Positions 51,895 to 61,421 of a DNA stretch of 64,000 nt are shown piece by piece. Source of the stretch: Brevibacterium luteolum (lineage in GTDB: Bacteria > Actinomycetota > Actinomycetes > Actinomycetales > Brevibacteriaceae); contig NZ_JABEMC010000002.1 of assembly GCF_013004595.1 (NCBI RefSeq), positions 62,001 through 126,000 on the forward strand, in the 5' to 3' direction. How positions within the stretch are numbered: position 1 is the first letter of the stretch; the number at the start of each line of letters is the position of its first letter. Below the pieces are notes generated by a model. It searched no databases. It was not told where the DNA came from and saw only the letters and a program-made list of their open reading frames with translations. Made by a program: the position numbers and the translations under genes.

Positions 51895-52824
51895 TCAGCC
51901 CCGGATCGCCGCAAGCCACTCGTGGGCGGCGGTGAAGGCCTGGGCGGTCATATCCGGGTCGACGACGACCTTCTCCCCATCAGCCGAGGGGTAGGAGCCG
52001 AGGAACTGCAGACGGCGGGCGATCCGGTGCACGCCGGCCAGCGCCTCGGCCATCCGCGGTTCGGCCACATGCCCCTGCGCGTCGATGGAGAACTGGTAGA
52101 GGCCCAGCCCGTCGCCGGTGGGCCGGGATTCAATGCGTGAGAGGTTGACCCCGCGGGTGGAGAACTGCTCCAGCAGCTCCAGCAGCGCACCGGCCCGGTC
52201 CGAGGCGAGCGCGGCGACGAGCGTCGTCTTATCCGCCCCGGTGGGTTCGGGCAGTTCGCGTTTGGTGGAGACGAGCACGAACCGGGTGTCGGCGTCCTTG
52301 CGGTCGCCGATGTCGTCGGCGAGCGCCGTGAGACCGTAGCGTTCGGCGGCCAGGGCCGGGCAGATCGCGACCTGGTAGTCGACGTCCGACTCTGCGAGGT
52401 CGCGGGCGGCGGCCGCGGTTGAGGCGGCGGGGATGTAGTGGGCGGCCGCCAGGTTCTCAGACAGCCAGGCCCTCGTCTGCGCTTCGGCGTGCGGGTGGGT
52501 GGAGAACGCGGTGACGTCGGCAAGCTCGGTGCCGGGTTTGACGGCGAGGACGAAGCGCACGCGCACGACGGTTTCGGCCACGATCTGCAGCTCGTCGTGC
52601 TGGGTGAGCGCGTCGAGGGTTGCCGGCACGCCGCCTTCGAGTGAGTTCTCGATCGGCACGACCGCGCCGGTCAGCTCGCCTGCGGCCACGGCGGCCAGGG
52701 CGGCGTCGGCGCTGCGCATGGGCGTGCGGACAGCGTCCATCCGGTCGTGGGCGGTGAGCAGCTGGATGAGTGCGGCCTCGGTGAAGGTCGCCTCGGGTCC
52801 GAGGTAGCCGAAGGACAGGGTCAC
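51895..52824 (-). CDS. pheA: Prephenate dehydratase
   Basis: YLGPEATFT, PIENSLEG, TRF, NLSRIESRP, FLGSYP. Confidence 0.95.
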   Translation of the reverse strand: MTLSFGYLGPEATFTEAALIQLLTAHDRMDAVRTPMRSADAALAAVAAGELTGAVVPIENSLEGGVPATLDALTQHDELQIVAETVVRVRFVLAVKPGTELADVTAFSTHPHAEAQTRAWLSENLAAAHYIPAASTAAAARDLAESDVDYQVAICPALAAERYGLTALADDIGDRKDADTRFVLVSTKRELPEPTGADKTTLVAALASDRAGALLELLEQFSTRGVNLSRIESRPTGDGLGLYQFSIDAQGHVAEPRMAEALAGVHRIARRLQFLGSYPSADGEKVVVDPDMTAQAFTAAHEWLAAIRG

Positions 52825-52849
52825 AGTTGTGGTCTCCTTTCGGGGCGGG

Positions 52850-53605
52850 TCAGCGGGTGCCGCGCCCGAGGCGGTGACGGGCTCGGCGGGCCCGGCGCAC
52901 CGTGAGTGCTCGGAGCACGTCGCGGTACTGGGCGGCCCGGTGCAGCTGGGCCTTGAGGTCCTTGCCGGTCACCCGGTGGTGGAGGTCGCATTCGACCTCT
53001 TCGACGCGCAGCCCGGCGTCGAGGACGTCGATGGTCATGGCGGTCTCGACTCCCCAGCCGGCGGCGAACGGCAGGGCGGCTTCGAAGGCCTCACGGCTCA
53101 GACACCGCATGCCCGATAACGGCTGGGTGGCCTCGAAGCCGGTGAGCTCGGCGATGCCCTTCTTCGCCAGGCCGACGACGAACCCGAATCCGCCGCCGGA
53201 GCGCTTCTGCGGCGGCAGGATCGCAATCGTCATATCGGCCTCGCCGGCGAGCACCGGTGCGGTCAGAGGTGCGGTGGCGACGGCGGAGTCCTCCAAGTCG
53301 GCGTCGATGAACAGCAGCGCCCGGTGCTCTGGCTGCTGGCCGGTGGGCGCTTCAGTGATCTCGCGGTTGCGCACGGCGAACGCGCCCGTCATCATCGCTG
53401 CGGCCTTGCCGCGGTTCTTCCGGTGCACGAGCACCTGCGCCCCGGCCTGGCGGGCCAGGTTCGCGGTGTCGTCGGAGGAGCCGTCGTCGACGACGATGAC
53501 GAGGTCGACACCGGGGATCTGCCGGGTGGCGGCCACGGTCGCGGCGATCCGCTCGGCTTCATCCTTGGCCGGGATAATCGCGGCGACAGCTGTGGGTGCA
53601 GACAT
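52850..53605 (-). CDS. Glycosyltransferase family 2
   Basis: IIPAKDE, VVDDGSSD, NRGKAAA, FIDAD, QPLSGMR. Confidence 0.88.
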   Translation of the reverse strand: MSAPTAVAAIIPAKDEAERIAATVAATRQIPGVDLVIVVDDGSSDDTANLARQAGAQVLVHRKNRGKAAAMMTGAFAVRNREITEAPTGQQPEHRALLFIDADLEDSAVATAPLTAPVLAGEADMTIAILPPQKRSGGGFGFVVGLAKKGIAELTGFEATQPLSGMRCLSREAFEAALPFAAGWGVETAMTIDVLDAGLRVEEVECDLHHRVTGKDLKAQLHRAAQYRDVLRALTVRRARRARHRLGRGTR

Positions 53606-53640
53606 CGGATCCTGCCTCCTGAGGTGCAGCGGGCGGTGGG

Positions 53641-54522
53641 TCAGCGGATGGTGAGCTGGCGGGAGACGACGCCGGCCTTGGCGCGGCGTTCGTCGTAGTC
53701 GAGACTGCCGGACTCGTTCATCGCGGCATCGAGCTTCTTGGCGAACTCGCCCAGCGGCTCTTCGACCGCGTCGGGCTGGGTGCCGTCGGGCAGCTCCCAG
53801 ACGGGGATGACGATGCCGTGGGCGCGGAAGCAGCCGAGGTAGCGGCCGAGCCCGGAGACGGTGTTCTCGCCGCGGGCGTGCAGGCGGGCCAGGCCGTTCA
53901 TGACGGTGTCCTCGTCCTGCTTCTGCGCCCAGCGCAGGTAGATGTGCCCGCCCATCTCGGTCCAGTATGCGGAGTCGGCGGAGACGAGCTTCTCCGTCGG
54001 GCTGATCGACTCGTTGGCCTGTTCGAGCGCACCGGCGAGGTCCTCATCGCGGTGCTCGGGGTCATCGGCGAGCCAGTAGTCGAAGGTCTCCTGCACGCTG
54101 ACGGTGAAGGGAGCAGAGGTGTCGAGGATGTCCTGCAGTCGCGGGCCGGAACCGGGGTTGGCGTTGGCCTCAGCGTAGGTGCCGGGCTCGGCGTCCTTGA
54201 CCTTGAGGATCGCTGCGGCGATGTCGCGGGAGGGATCCGGGGAGGCGACCGGGACCTGCATGCCGGCCATGATGACGCCGTCCTGGCGGTGCAGTGCCTG
54301 CCAGGCCGCCGGCAGCAGCGAGGCGATGACGATCTCGCCGCCGCCGTGCTCCTCGTTCAGCTTCGCAGTCGCGGTCGCGGCGGGCACGAGTTCGCGCAGG
54401 CACACGAGGTCGGCTTCGAATGGCAGGCCCTCGAAGGGGCGCTTGACGAAGCCGGCGGCCTGCTGTTTGGCCAGGCGCTTGGCGATGAGCTCTTCCTTGG
54501 ACTTCTTGGACTTCTTTCCCAT
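53641..54522 (-). CDS. DUF5926-like conserved actinobacterial protein
   Basis: MGKKSK..RPFEGLP.EADLVCLRELVPAATA..FRAHG..PVW..SRQLTIR. Confidence 0.75.
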   Translation of the reverse strand: MGKKSKKSKEELIAKRLAKQQAAGFVKRPFEGLPFEADLVCLRELVPAATATAKLNEEHGGGEIVIASLLPAAWQALHRQDGVIMAGMQVPVASPDPSRDIAAAILKVKDAEPGTYAEANANPGSGPRLQDILDTSAPFTVSVQETFDYWLADDPEHRDEDLAGALEQANESISPTEKLVSADSAYWTEMGGHIYLRWAQKQDEDTVMNGLARLHARGENTVSGLGRYLGCFRAHGIVIPVWELPDGTQPDAVEEPLGEFAKKLDAAMNESGSLDYDERRAKAGVVSRQLTIR

Positions 54523-54568
54523 GCCGGTCAGTGTATCGCCCGCACCCGGTGCCGATATCGTGGGTCTC

Positions 54569-55126
54569 ATGGCTCTCCTCCACTCCGGACTCCACGATTC
54601 CGCCGTCGCCCAGCGCCATCTGCGCTACGCCCAGCGGCTCGTCGACGCCGGCTACAGCTTCGACCTGCTCACTGCCGATGACCACGGCCCCGCTGCCGAG
54701 GTGCTGCGGGCTGCCGAGGCGACCGGAGCCTCGGGCGCGGACTTCGCGTTCCTTCCGCAGGACTCCGGGCTCATCGCCCGGTCCGCCGATGGGCAGATCG
54801 CCGCCGTGCTCGCCGTCACCGCGGTGAGCTTCGACAACGGCCAGGCGCTGCTCATCCGGGCGCTGGCCACCGCCGAGGAGTTCCGCTCGCAGGGGCTTGC
54901 CACGGTGCTGGCGGGCATGGCCCCGCAGGTGCTCTCGGCTGCCGGGCTGCCGACCCGCTGCCTGCTCGTGGCCTCCGCTTCCGAGGCGCGGGCCACGTTC
55001 GCACACCGGGCCGGGTTCCGCGTACTCACCCCAGGCTCGGAGCTGCCGATCGACCTCGGCGGCATCGAGACCGACGTCTTCGGTGAGATCGGCGACCGGT
55101 GCTGGTGCCTCAAAGAAGTGAAGTAG
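54569..55126 (+). CDS. GNAT-family acetyltransferase-like protein
   Basis: LATAEEFRSQGLAT acetyl-CoA motif A; F..AGF. Confidence 0.7.
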   Translation: MALLHSGLHDSAVAQRHLRYAQRLVDAGYSFDLLTADDHGPAAEVLRAAEATGASGADFAFLPQDSGLIARSADGQIAAVLAVTAVSFDNGQALLIRALATAEEFRSQGLATVLAGMAPQVLSAAGLPTRCLLVASASEARATFAHRAGFRVLTPGSELPIDLGGIETDVFGEIGDRCWCLKEVK

Positions 55127-55139
55127 AGCGCAGAGGGCC

Positions 55140-55169
55140 TGAGCGTTTTGAGCGTTTCTCGAGTAGAAT
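55140..55169 (+). promoter_or_regulatory. 9-bp direct repeats and -10 box of a leaderless HTH-PIN operon
   Basis: TGAGCGTTT twice (55140-55157); TAGAAT at 55164-55169, 6 nt before ATG 55176. Confidence 0.6.
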
Positions 55170-55175
55170 GAGGAT

Positions 55176-55577
55176 ATGGCTGGAGCAACGAAACACGAGC
55201 GATCCTCAGAGCTGCGCGACGTCGTCGACGAAGCTTTGGACACGATGCCGAATCTCACTGACAATGTCCGGGCAGCATTCGGCAGGCTCATCGACGTGCT
55301 CGAATCCAGCGGCGACGCCGTCGTGTTTCCCGCCGAGGCGTCGCTCTCCACGACTCAAGCAGCCGACCTTCTCGGTGTCAGCCGAATGACAGTCGTGCGA
55401 CTCATCGACCGCGGCGAACTCCACGCAGACACCAGCTCGGTGCACCGCCGTATTCCGGTGTCGGAGCTGAAGCGCTACCAGACCGAATTCCGCCGCCGAC
55501 AGCGCACGGCAATGAGTGAGCTTGCCGAGGACATCACCGCGACCACGCCCGCCGACCGGGTGATCGAAACCCGGTGA
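55176..55577 (+). CDS. Excisionase-type HTH protein (putative antitoxin)
   Basis: LSTTQAADLLGVSRMTVVRLIDRGEL..HRRI. Confidence 0.85.
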   Translation: MAGATKHERSSELRDVVDEALDTMPNLTDNVRAAFGRLIDVLESSGDAVVFPAEASLSTTQAADLLGVSRMTVVRLIDRGELHADTSSVHRRIPVSELKRYQTEFRRRQRTAMSELAEDITATTPADRVIETR

Positions 55578-56146
55578 GTGCAACGAAATCAGGCAGCGCT
55601 CCTGCGGTCGTCCTCGATGCTTGCACATTGGTGCCCATCAGACTCGCGACGACCTTACTTTGGCTGGCAGAAGCCGGAATCTTCGAGCTGCTCTGGTCCG
55701 AGCAGATCCTCGGCGAGGTGCAGCGCACGCTCCCCAAACTCGGCCTCAGCCCTGAACGAGCTGAGCGGCGCGTTGGCTCCATGCGGTACGCGTTCGGGGA
55801 AGCGGCACTTGTCGACGACTTTGACCACCTTATTCCTGCTCTGACATGCGATCCAAAGGACCGACATGTGCTAGCCGCAGCCGTGCGCGCAGAGGCTGAT
55901 CTCATCGTGGCGTTCAACCTCAAGGACTTCCCTGCCGAAGCTGTGTCCGGCCGAGAAATCGATGTCGTACATCCGGATACGTTTCTGACCGCTCTGGTCA
56001 CAGAGAATCCTGTCGTTGTCATCAAGGCAGTTGAACGCGGTTGCGCCGAGCTGAAGGATCCGCCACAGACCGCCTTGCAGTTCCTAGCGTCGCTCGCCTC
56101 GACTGTTCCGGCTTTCGCCGATACGGCTGCCGGTGAAATCAGATGA
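55574..56146 (+). CDS. PIN-domain protein (VapC50-like putative toxin)
   Basis: VVLDAC, LWSEQILGE, DPKDRHVLAAA, NLKDFP; GTGA overlap with the HTH gene. Confidence 0.87.
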   Translation: MSATKSGSAPAVVLDACTLVPIRLATTLLWLAEAGIFELLWSEQILGEVQRTLPKLGLSPERAERRVGSMRYAFGEAALVDDFDHLIPALTCDPKDRHVLAAAVRAEADLIVAFNLKDFPAEAVSGREIDVVHPDTFLTALVTENPVVVIKAVERGCAELKDPPQTALQFLASLASTVPAFADTAAGEIR

Positions 56147-56189
56147 GAAATCGAGTTCTGTGTTTCCACACGTCTTATCTCGCCCCCCC

Positions 56190-56358
56190 ATCATCGAGAT
56201 GTCTTGGCCTGTAAGCAGATGTGACCCCTACTGCCAGGAATTGAAACAGTCACGGGTGACGGCGGGTTGATCCTGATTTCGGAGTCAGCCCGGGCAATAC
56301 AAAAGCCCCGGGCGCATGCTGAGGCAGAGGCAACACCGGGGCGTTCGCTTCTATTGTA
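56190..56358 (-). mobile_element. Possible orphan IS110-family left-end non-coding region
   Basis: Minus strand reads TACAATAGAAGCGAACGCCCCGG...TCAGGATCAACCCGCCGTCACCCG...GGTCACATCTGCTTACAGGCCAAGAC. This resembles (from recall, unverified) the leaders of actinobacterial IS110 transposases; no transposase follows. Confidence 0.4.
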
Positions 56359-56366
56359 ATGCGAGC

Positions 56367-57542
56367 TCATTCGGTTCGGCCCTTCCAGTTGCGCAGCGCA
56401 ATGGCGCCGACTGCGACGGCGGCGATTGCGGCAATCACCACCCCGATGACAAGTGCTGATTGGGCTGGAACTCTCTTGACAGCTACTGCGGGTGCCGCAG
56501 CGCTCAACCCGTACCCGAGGCCGCTGAGTGAGTACAGCAGAGAGAAGCCCACGACGTGCAGATCGGGTCTCAGCTGCTGACGCAGCGTCAGATTGCGCGC
56601 GACGATACACACCGACTGAGCGACTCCTACGACGCACAGCAGGACGGGAAATGCTGGTGTCGACACGCTCAGGCCCGCTGCTCCTGCAGCGACCGTCATC
56701 ACTGTCAGGGCCAACCAGCTGTGCGCGGCAGGTGCGCCTGGGATCCTCAGCCAGCCGTACAACAGCACCCCGCCGATGCTGGCGATGGCCATCGCTGAAA
56801 GCAGAACACCGGCACGCGCTGGGTTCTCTCCGCTGTCGACGAGCATGGCCGACAGCAGCAGCTCCACGAAGGACACGATGCTCATCGCGAGACCTGCGCT
56901 GATGAAGATCGGCCAGAGGACTGAAAGCGATGCCCACCGCGTTGTTCCCGGTGCTTCACGCACAGGCTTCTGGACCGCCGTGGCTTCGGGCATGACCCGA
57001 ACGGAGACGGCACCAGCAAGCAGCAGCAGTCCGCACACGGCGAATACCGCCCGCGGTGACAGTGAGAAGCTGAGCGCGGCGACGAGTGCGGGCGCGACGG
57101 CCCAACATGCCATCGTCACACCGACTTCGAGGCTGAACGACCGGTGCATCTGGTCGCCGTGCACGATATTTCCCACCCCTGTCCGCAGCACTCCGGGAAC
57201 TGCCGCCGCTCCACCGCCGGCCAACACGGCGATCAGCCAGGCCGCTGGTTGCACTGCGCCGCCCAGGATCGCGACCGTTGAGTAGGCGCCTGCGCTGAGG
57301 AGCAGACCGACAGTCGCTTCTCGTCGGAAGTACGCGGGACTCAGCCGCACTCCGAGCAGCGGAGCACAGCAGGCTTCAGCCACAGCGAAAAGTCCGGCCA
57401 ACACGAGTCCGTGAGCGTACGAGTCGAGGAGCTGGCTTCCGAGGAAGGCCATCGCAAGAGGTGTCATCGCCACCGGCAGTCGCGTCGCGGCGATGCTCAC
57501 CAGCCAGATGACGTACTCGAGTCGTGCTGAACGTTGCGTCAT
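56367..57542 (-). CDS. Divergent MFS-like transporter
   Basis: About 12 hydrophobic segments, TRLPVAMTPLA N-terminus; atypical codon usage. Confidence 0.75.
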   Translation of the reverse strand: MTQRSARLEYVIWLVSIAATRLPVAMTPLAMAFLGSQLLDSYAHGLVLAGLFAVAEACCAPLLGVRLSPAYFRREATVGLLLSAGAYSTVAILGGAVQPAAWLIAVLAGGGAAAVPGVLRTGVGNIVHGDQMHRSFSLEVGVTMACWAVAPALVAALSFSLSPRAVFAVCGLLLLAGAVSVRVMPEATAVQKPVREAPGTTRWASLSVLWPIFISAGLAMSIVSFVELLLSAMLVDSGENPARAGVLLSAMAIASIGGVLLYGWLRIPGAPAAHSWLALTVMTVAAGAAGLSVSTPAFPVLLCVVGVAQSVCIVARNLTLRQQLRPDLHVVGFSLLYSLSGLGYGLSAAAPAVAVKRVPAQSALVIGVVIAAIAAVAVGAIALRNWKGRTE

Positions 57543-57597
57543 TGCACCGTCAGCACAGCCGCACTCACTCCGCGATCACCTGCACCGAGTCGCTGTC

Positions 57598-57891
57598 TCA
57601 GCTGCGCTCACCGCTGAGGATTGCCTCACGTGCTGACTCCATGAGCGCTGCTGGCTTCCCCGCCCGATCTCGGCTGAGCTGGCGATGGGCCGCAGGAAGG
57701 TCTTGCATCAACCGCGACACCGTCGACTTCGGAATCTGTGTCATGCGGGCGATCTCCCGGACGCCGACACCGGCATCAGCAAGCCTACCGATCGCCTCAA
57801 GTTCTATCTCCTTAGCTGCGACTGTGACAGCCTCGTGATAGACCCGAGCGCGCTGGCACGCACTCACGAGCGGCTCCCATTCCTCCACCAC
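57598..57891 (-). CDS. Small HTH DNA-binding protein
   Basis: GVGVREIARMTQIPKSTVSRL; GTG start after GGAGG. Confidence 0.65.
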   Translation of the reverse strand: MVEEWEPLVSACQRARVYHEAVTVAAKEIELEAIGRLADAGVGVREIARMTQIPKSTVSRLMQDLPAAHRQLSRDRAGKPAALMESAREAILSGERS

Positions 57892-57912
57892 GCTGACCCT
57901 CCATCTCCTCAA

Positions 57913-57958
57913 CTGTCCCACGCGGGACACTGCTACATTACTGTCCCACGTGGGACAG
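57913..57958. promoter_or_regulatory. Twin 18-bp palindromic operators
   Basis: ctgtcccacgcgggacac (57913-57930) and the perfect ctgtcccacgtgggacag (57941-57958) flank TAATGT on the minus strand. Confidence 0.7.
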
Positions 57959-58104
57959 CGGCCGTCAAGAGCCCTAATCCAGCGAGGGGTGCCGGACGCG
58001 TGCGTGACCGTCTTCACGCCCGCACCATCGGCGAATCGGGAATAGGCTTTCAGGTGTGCTGGTTGGCGCAGAGTCCACCGCACCACCACCGGCAAGGAGC
58101 CCAT

Positions 58105-59328
58105 ATGCCTGCAGCAGCGCCGCCCGCACGCGCAGCGGTCAGCCCGCTGGAGGCCAAGCTCGCCGTGTTCGCCCTGGCGATCGGCGCCTTCGGCATCGGC
58201 ACCGCCGAGTTCGCCACGATGGGCCTGCTGCCGCAGATCGCCGAGGGCCTTAACGCCTCAATCACCCAGGCCGGTCATGCGGTGTCGCTGTATGCGCTCG
58301 GCGTCGTCATCGGCGCACCGGTCATCACTGCGTTGGCGGCCAAGATAGACCGCCGCTGGCTGCTGCTGAGCCTCATGGTCGTCTTCATCGTCGGCAGCGT
58401 CGGATCGACCCTGGCCCCGACGATGCACCTCATGCTCGTCTCCCGATTCATCACCGGCCTCCCGCACGGTGCGTTCCTCGGCGTCGGCGCCGTCGTCGCC
58501 GCAACCCTGGCACCAGCGCACCGCAAGGGCACCGCAATGGCCCGGGTGATGCTGGGTCTGACGATCGCGAACATCATCGGTGTCCCCGCCGCTGCCGCAC
58601 TCGGCACGGAGTTCGGCTGGCGGGTCGCCTATGCGCTCGTCGCGTTCATCGGCCTGCTGACCCTGGTGGCCGTGTTCTTCCTCGTCCCACAGACCGCGCC
58701 GGCTGCAGCACCGTCGATCCGCGGTGAGCTGCGCACCATGAAGCGCCCACAGGTGATCCTCACCCTCATCGCCGGATCGGTGGGTTTCGGCGGCATGTTC
58801 GCTCTCTACACCTACATCGCACCGACCCTGACCGAGCTCACCGGGCTGCCCGCCTCGGTGATCCCATGGGTGCTCGTGTGCTTCGGGGTCGGCATGACCG
58901 TCGGCACCTTCGTCGCAGGCCCGCTCGTCGATCGGTCGATCGAGCGCTCGGCTGTCATCGGGCTCGTCGGCCTGGGCATCGTGCTGCTGACCTTCGGGCT
59001 GTTCGCCCACGTGCCGGCGTTGGCGATCGGCTGCGTGTCGGTCATCGGCATCTTCAGCTCACTGTTCGTCACTGCCCTGCAGGCCAGGCTCATGCGCGAA
59101 TCCCACGACGCGCCCTCGTTGACTGCGGCGATGAACCATGCGGCATTCAACTTCGCCAACGCGCTCGGCGCGTTCGCCGGCGGCATCGTCATCGACGCCG
59201 GACTCGGCTTCCGCGCACCAGCGCTCACCGGTGTCGGGCTGACCGTCGTCGGGCTGGTCGTCACGACGATCGCGATCACCACCTACCGCCAGTCACGCGC
59301 CCGTCAGGTCATCGACGTCGAAGGGTGA
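58105..59328 (+). CDS. MFS transporter, DHA1 family (YdhP/Cmx-like)
   Basis: ALAIGAFGIGTAEFATMGLLP, SLYALG, GLPHGAF, GLTIANIIGVP; AAGGAG RBS. Confidence 0.9.
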   Translation: MPAAAPPARAAVSPLEAKLAVFALAIGAFGIGTAEFATMGLLPQIAEGLNASITQAGHAVSLYALGVVIGAPVITALAAKIDRRWLLLSLMVVFIVGSVGSTLAPTMHLMLVSRFITGLPHGAFLGVGAVVAATLAPAHRKGTAMARVMLGLTIANIIGVPAAAALGTEFGWRVAYALVAFIGLLTLVAVFFLVPQTAPAAAPSIRGELRTMKRPQVILTLIAGSVGFGGMFALYTYIAPTLTELTGLPASVIPWVLVCFGVGMTVGTFVAGPLVDRSIERSAVIGLVGLGIVLLTFGLFAHVPALAIGCVSVIGIFSSLFVTALQARLMRESHDAPSLTAAMNHAAFNFANALGAFAGGIVIDAGLGFRAPALTGVGLTVVGLVVTTIAITTYRQSRARQVIDVEG

Positions 59329-60159
59329 GTGGTCTGCGGCGCTCAACCGTGCGCACTCGTCCATCAGCTGCCGCACCCCGACAGCGAAAGCACGTTCAGC
59401 TTCTGTATGAAATCCCGTTTGAGCGATCACGTTGTCAGCCGCGCGAATCAGTTCGGCTTGCATCTGACCATCGGGTAGCGTGACGGCAGCCAGGCACACC
59501 TGCTCGACGTCTTCGACAAGCTCTTCAACATCTATGGCCAGATCATATTCTGGATCGGCCCGATGCCGACTGTGATCGATTGGCAGCAAGCGGAAGTTCG
59601 GGCAGTGTTCGCAGAGGAGTTCTTCTGCTCGCTCACGCAGTTTCACGACTTCTTCGTCAAGCACTGATCCGTCTGGAGCGACTGCGAGAATCAGCGTTCT
59701 GTCCGAAAAGTGTCCTCCGCCCAACGCTCGCGACACACCTGCTGTGGCGATCGTTCCAGCCAGCACACATACACCGAAGACCGGCAGCCAGAAAACCGCA
59801 ATCTCCGAGGGCCGGTCAGCGACGCCTTCGCTGGTGAGCATGTGGAGCCACGGCGCTGAATGCACCGGAGACACCAGCAAGACCACTCCCACGGCTCCGA
59901 GCCCGGTCAGCGGCAGCGTACCTCGTACCGTTGAGAAGGAAGCTGCACCGGCGAACAGACCACATCCGAACCCGGAAAGCATCATCCAAGCGAAGAAAGT
60001 GATGAACCCACCGACGATTGGCTCGACTTCGAGCGCAACTGTCAGCGGGTCGGGTGCGGTCACGATTGACACAGCGACACTGCTGAGACCATAACCGGTT
60101 GCAGTGACGACAAACAACGGCGACCATGACGGGATCAGCCACCGCTTCATCAACCGCAT
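59293..60159 (-). CDS. Hypothetical membrane protein
   Basis: N-terminal hydrophobic helices plus a soluble C-terminus; atypical codon usage. Confidence 0.55.
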   Translation of the reverse strand: MRLMKRWLIPSWSPLFVVTATGYGLSSVAVSIVTAPDPLTVALEVEPIVGGFITFFAWMMLSGFGCGLFAGAASFSTVRGTLPLTGLGAVGVVLLVSPVHSAPWLHMLTSEGVADRPSEIAVFWLPVFGVCVLAGTIATAGVSRALGGGHFSDRTLILAVAPDGSVLDEEVVKLRERAEELLCEHCPNFRLLPIDHSRHRADPEYDLAIDVEELVEDVEQVCLAAVTLPDGQMQAELIRAADNVIAQTGFHTEAERAFAVGVRQLMDECARLSAADHSPFDVDDLTGA

Positions 60160-60287
60160 AGGCCAATCCTCACAATGTCAGACGTCAGTGAGATCACTAT
60201 ACTCACGACGATCCGTAACTGGCCGCCGTTGAGGGCCCTCCATCGGTTGACCGCCAGCCGGGTGTCTCACCGCCGGCCGATACCACT

Positions 60288-61421
60288 TCACTTCCCGCCG
60301 GTGATCTCCGCGTACAGCGCTGCGAGCAGATCCTTGACCCGGGTGTCGACATCCTCTGACTGCATCTCATTGGTGAGGAACGAGAACGCGATCCCATGCT
60401 CGGGCCAGGCGCCGTGCAGTCCCCCGCCGGCCCCGGAGTGCCCGAAGGCCGCCTCGACCGGCCCGTAGGCGCCGATCGGGTCGGCGAGTTCGAACCCAAG
60501 GCCGAAGCGCAGCGGCCGGTCGTTGATCGCATCGATCCCCTCCGACCAGGTGCGGGTGAACACCTCACGCGTCTGCCGGGAGAGGATTGCGCCGTCTGCC
60601 AGCAGCAGCGCGTAGAACCGCGCCATCGACTCCGCTGTCGCGATGCCACCGCCGGCGGCCTGCTGGGCGGCATGGAAGGCGCGGGTGTTGAACGGGCTGT
60701 CCCCGGAAAGCAGCAGCCCGGCGTACATCCGGTCGACGATCGCCCGGCGCTCGGGGTCGTCATCGAGGAACGTCGAGACCCGATAGCCGGCCGCCTGGTG
60801 GATCGGCGCAACCCGGTCCTCCAGCTCCGCAGGCAGCCCGAGGTGGATGTCGAGGCCGTGCGGGCCGGCGATGCGTTCGGCGATGAGCTCGCCGACATCA
60901 GCGCCGGTGACCCGCCACACGAGCTCGGAGAGCAGATAGCCATAGGTGATCGCATGGTAGGCGACCTTGGTGCCTGGTGACCACAAAGGCTGCTGGGCTG
61001 CGAGCCGGCTGGCCATGAGCCGGTTGTCGTACTGCTCGCCGGGCCCGGCCGGATCCGGGTCGACATAGGGCAGCCCGACCGTGTGATTCAAAAGCTGGCA
61101 CACCGGCACTTCGTCCTTGCCGGCAGCCGCGAACTCCGGCCAGTACCGGGCGACGGGTGCCTCGACGTCGATGAGCCCGTCATCGACGAGCATCCCGACG
61201 ACGGCTGCGGCCAGGCCCTTCGTCCCGGAGAACAGCACAGCCATCGTCTCCGGCGTCCACACCTCGGGCGCAGCAGCCCCGCCACGGCAGGTGTGCCCGC
61301 CGGCCAGGCTGCAGATGAGCTCGCCGTCGCGGCACACGGCGAACGCCATGCCGCCGCCGCTTGCGCGCACGTGCCGGTCGAAGACCTCGGCGACAGAGCC
61401 GGACTCAGAGGCTGGGGACAT
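60288..61421 (-). CDS. Serine hydrolase, beta-lactamase/esterase family VIII fold
   Basis: FSGTK (SxxK), LLNHTVGL, YHAITY, FGHSGAGG. Confidence 0.9.
   Translation of the reverse strand: MSPASESGSVAEVFDRHVRASGGGMAFAVCRDGELICSLAGGHTCRGGAAAPEVWTPETMAVLFSGTKGLAAAVVGMLVDDGLIDVEAPVARYWPEFAAAGKDEVPVCQLLNHTVGLPYVDPDPAGPGEQYDNRLMASRLAAQQPLWSPGTKVAYHAITYGYLLSELVWRVTGADVGELIAERIAGPHGLDIHLGLPAELEDRVAPIHQAAGYRVSTFLDDDPERRAIVDRMYAGLLLSGDSPFNTRAFHAAQQAAGGGIATAESMARFYALLLADGAILSRQTREVFTRTWSEGIDAINDRPLRFGLGFELADPIGAYGPVEAAFGHSGAGGGLHGAWPEHGIAFSFLTNEMQSEDVDTRVKDLLAALYAEITGGK

Noticed and set aside
45474..56146. Composite mobile element or prophage bounded by the two HTH-PIN pairs
   Set aside because: The interior is core-like (pheA, GT2, DUF5926), the pairs are diverged, and no integrase, att repeats or phage genes are seen.
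60288..61421. Beta-lactam resistance gene
   Set aside because: An SxxK fold at the end of a peptide ABC operon fits an esterase or peptidase; resistance cannot be inferred.
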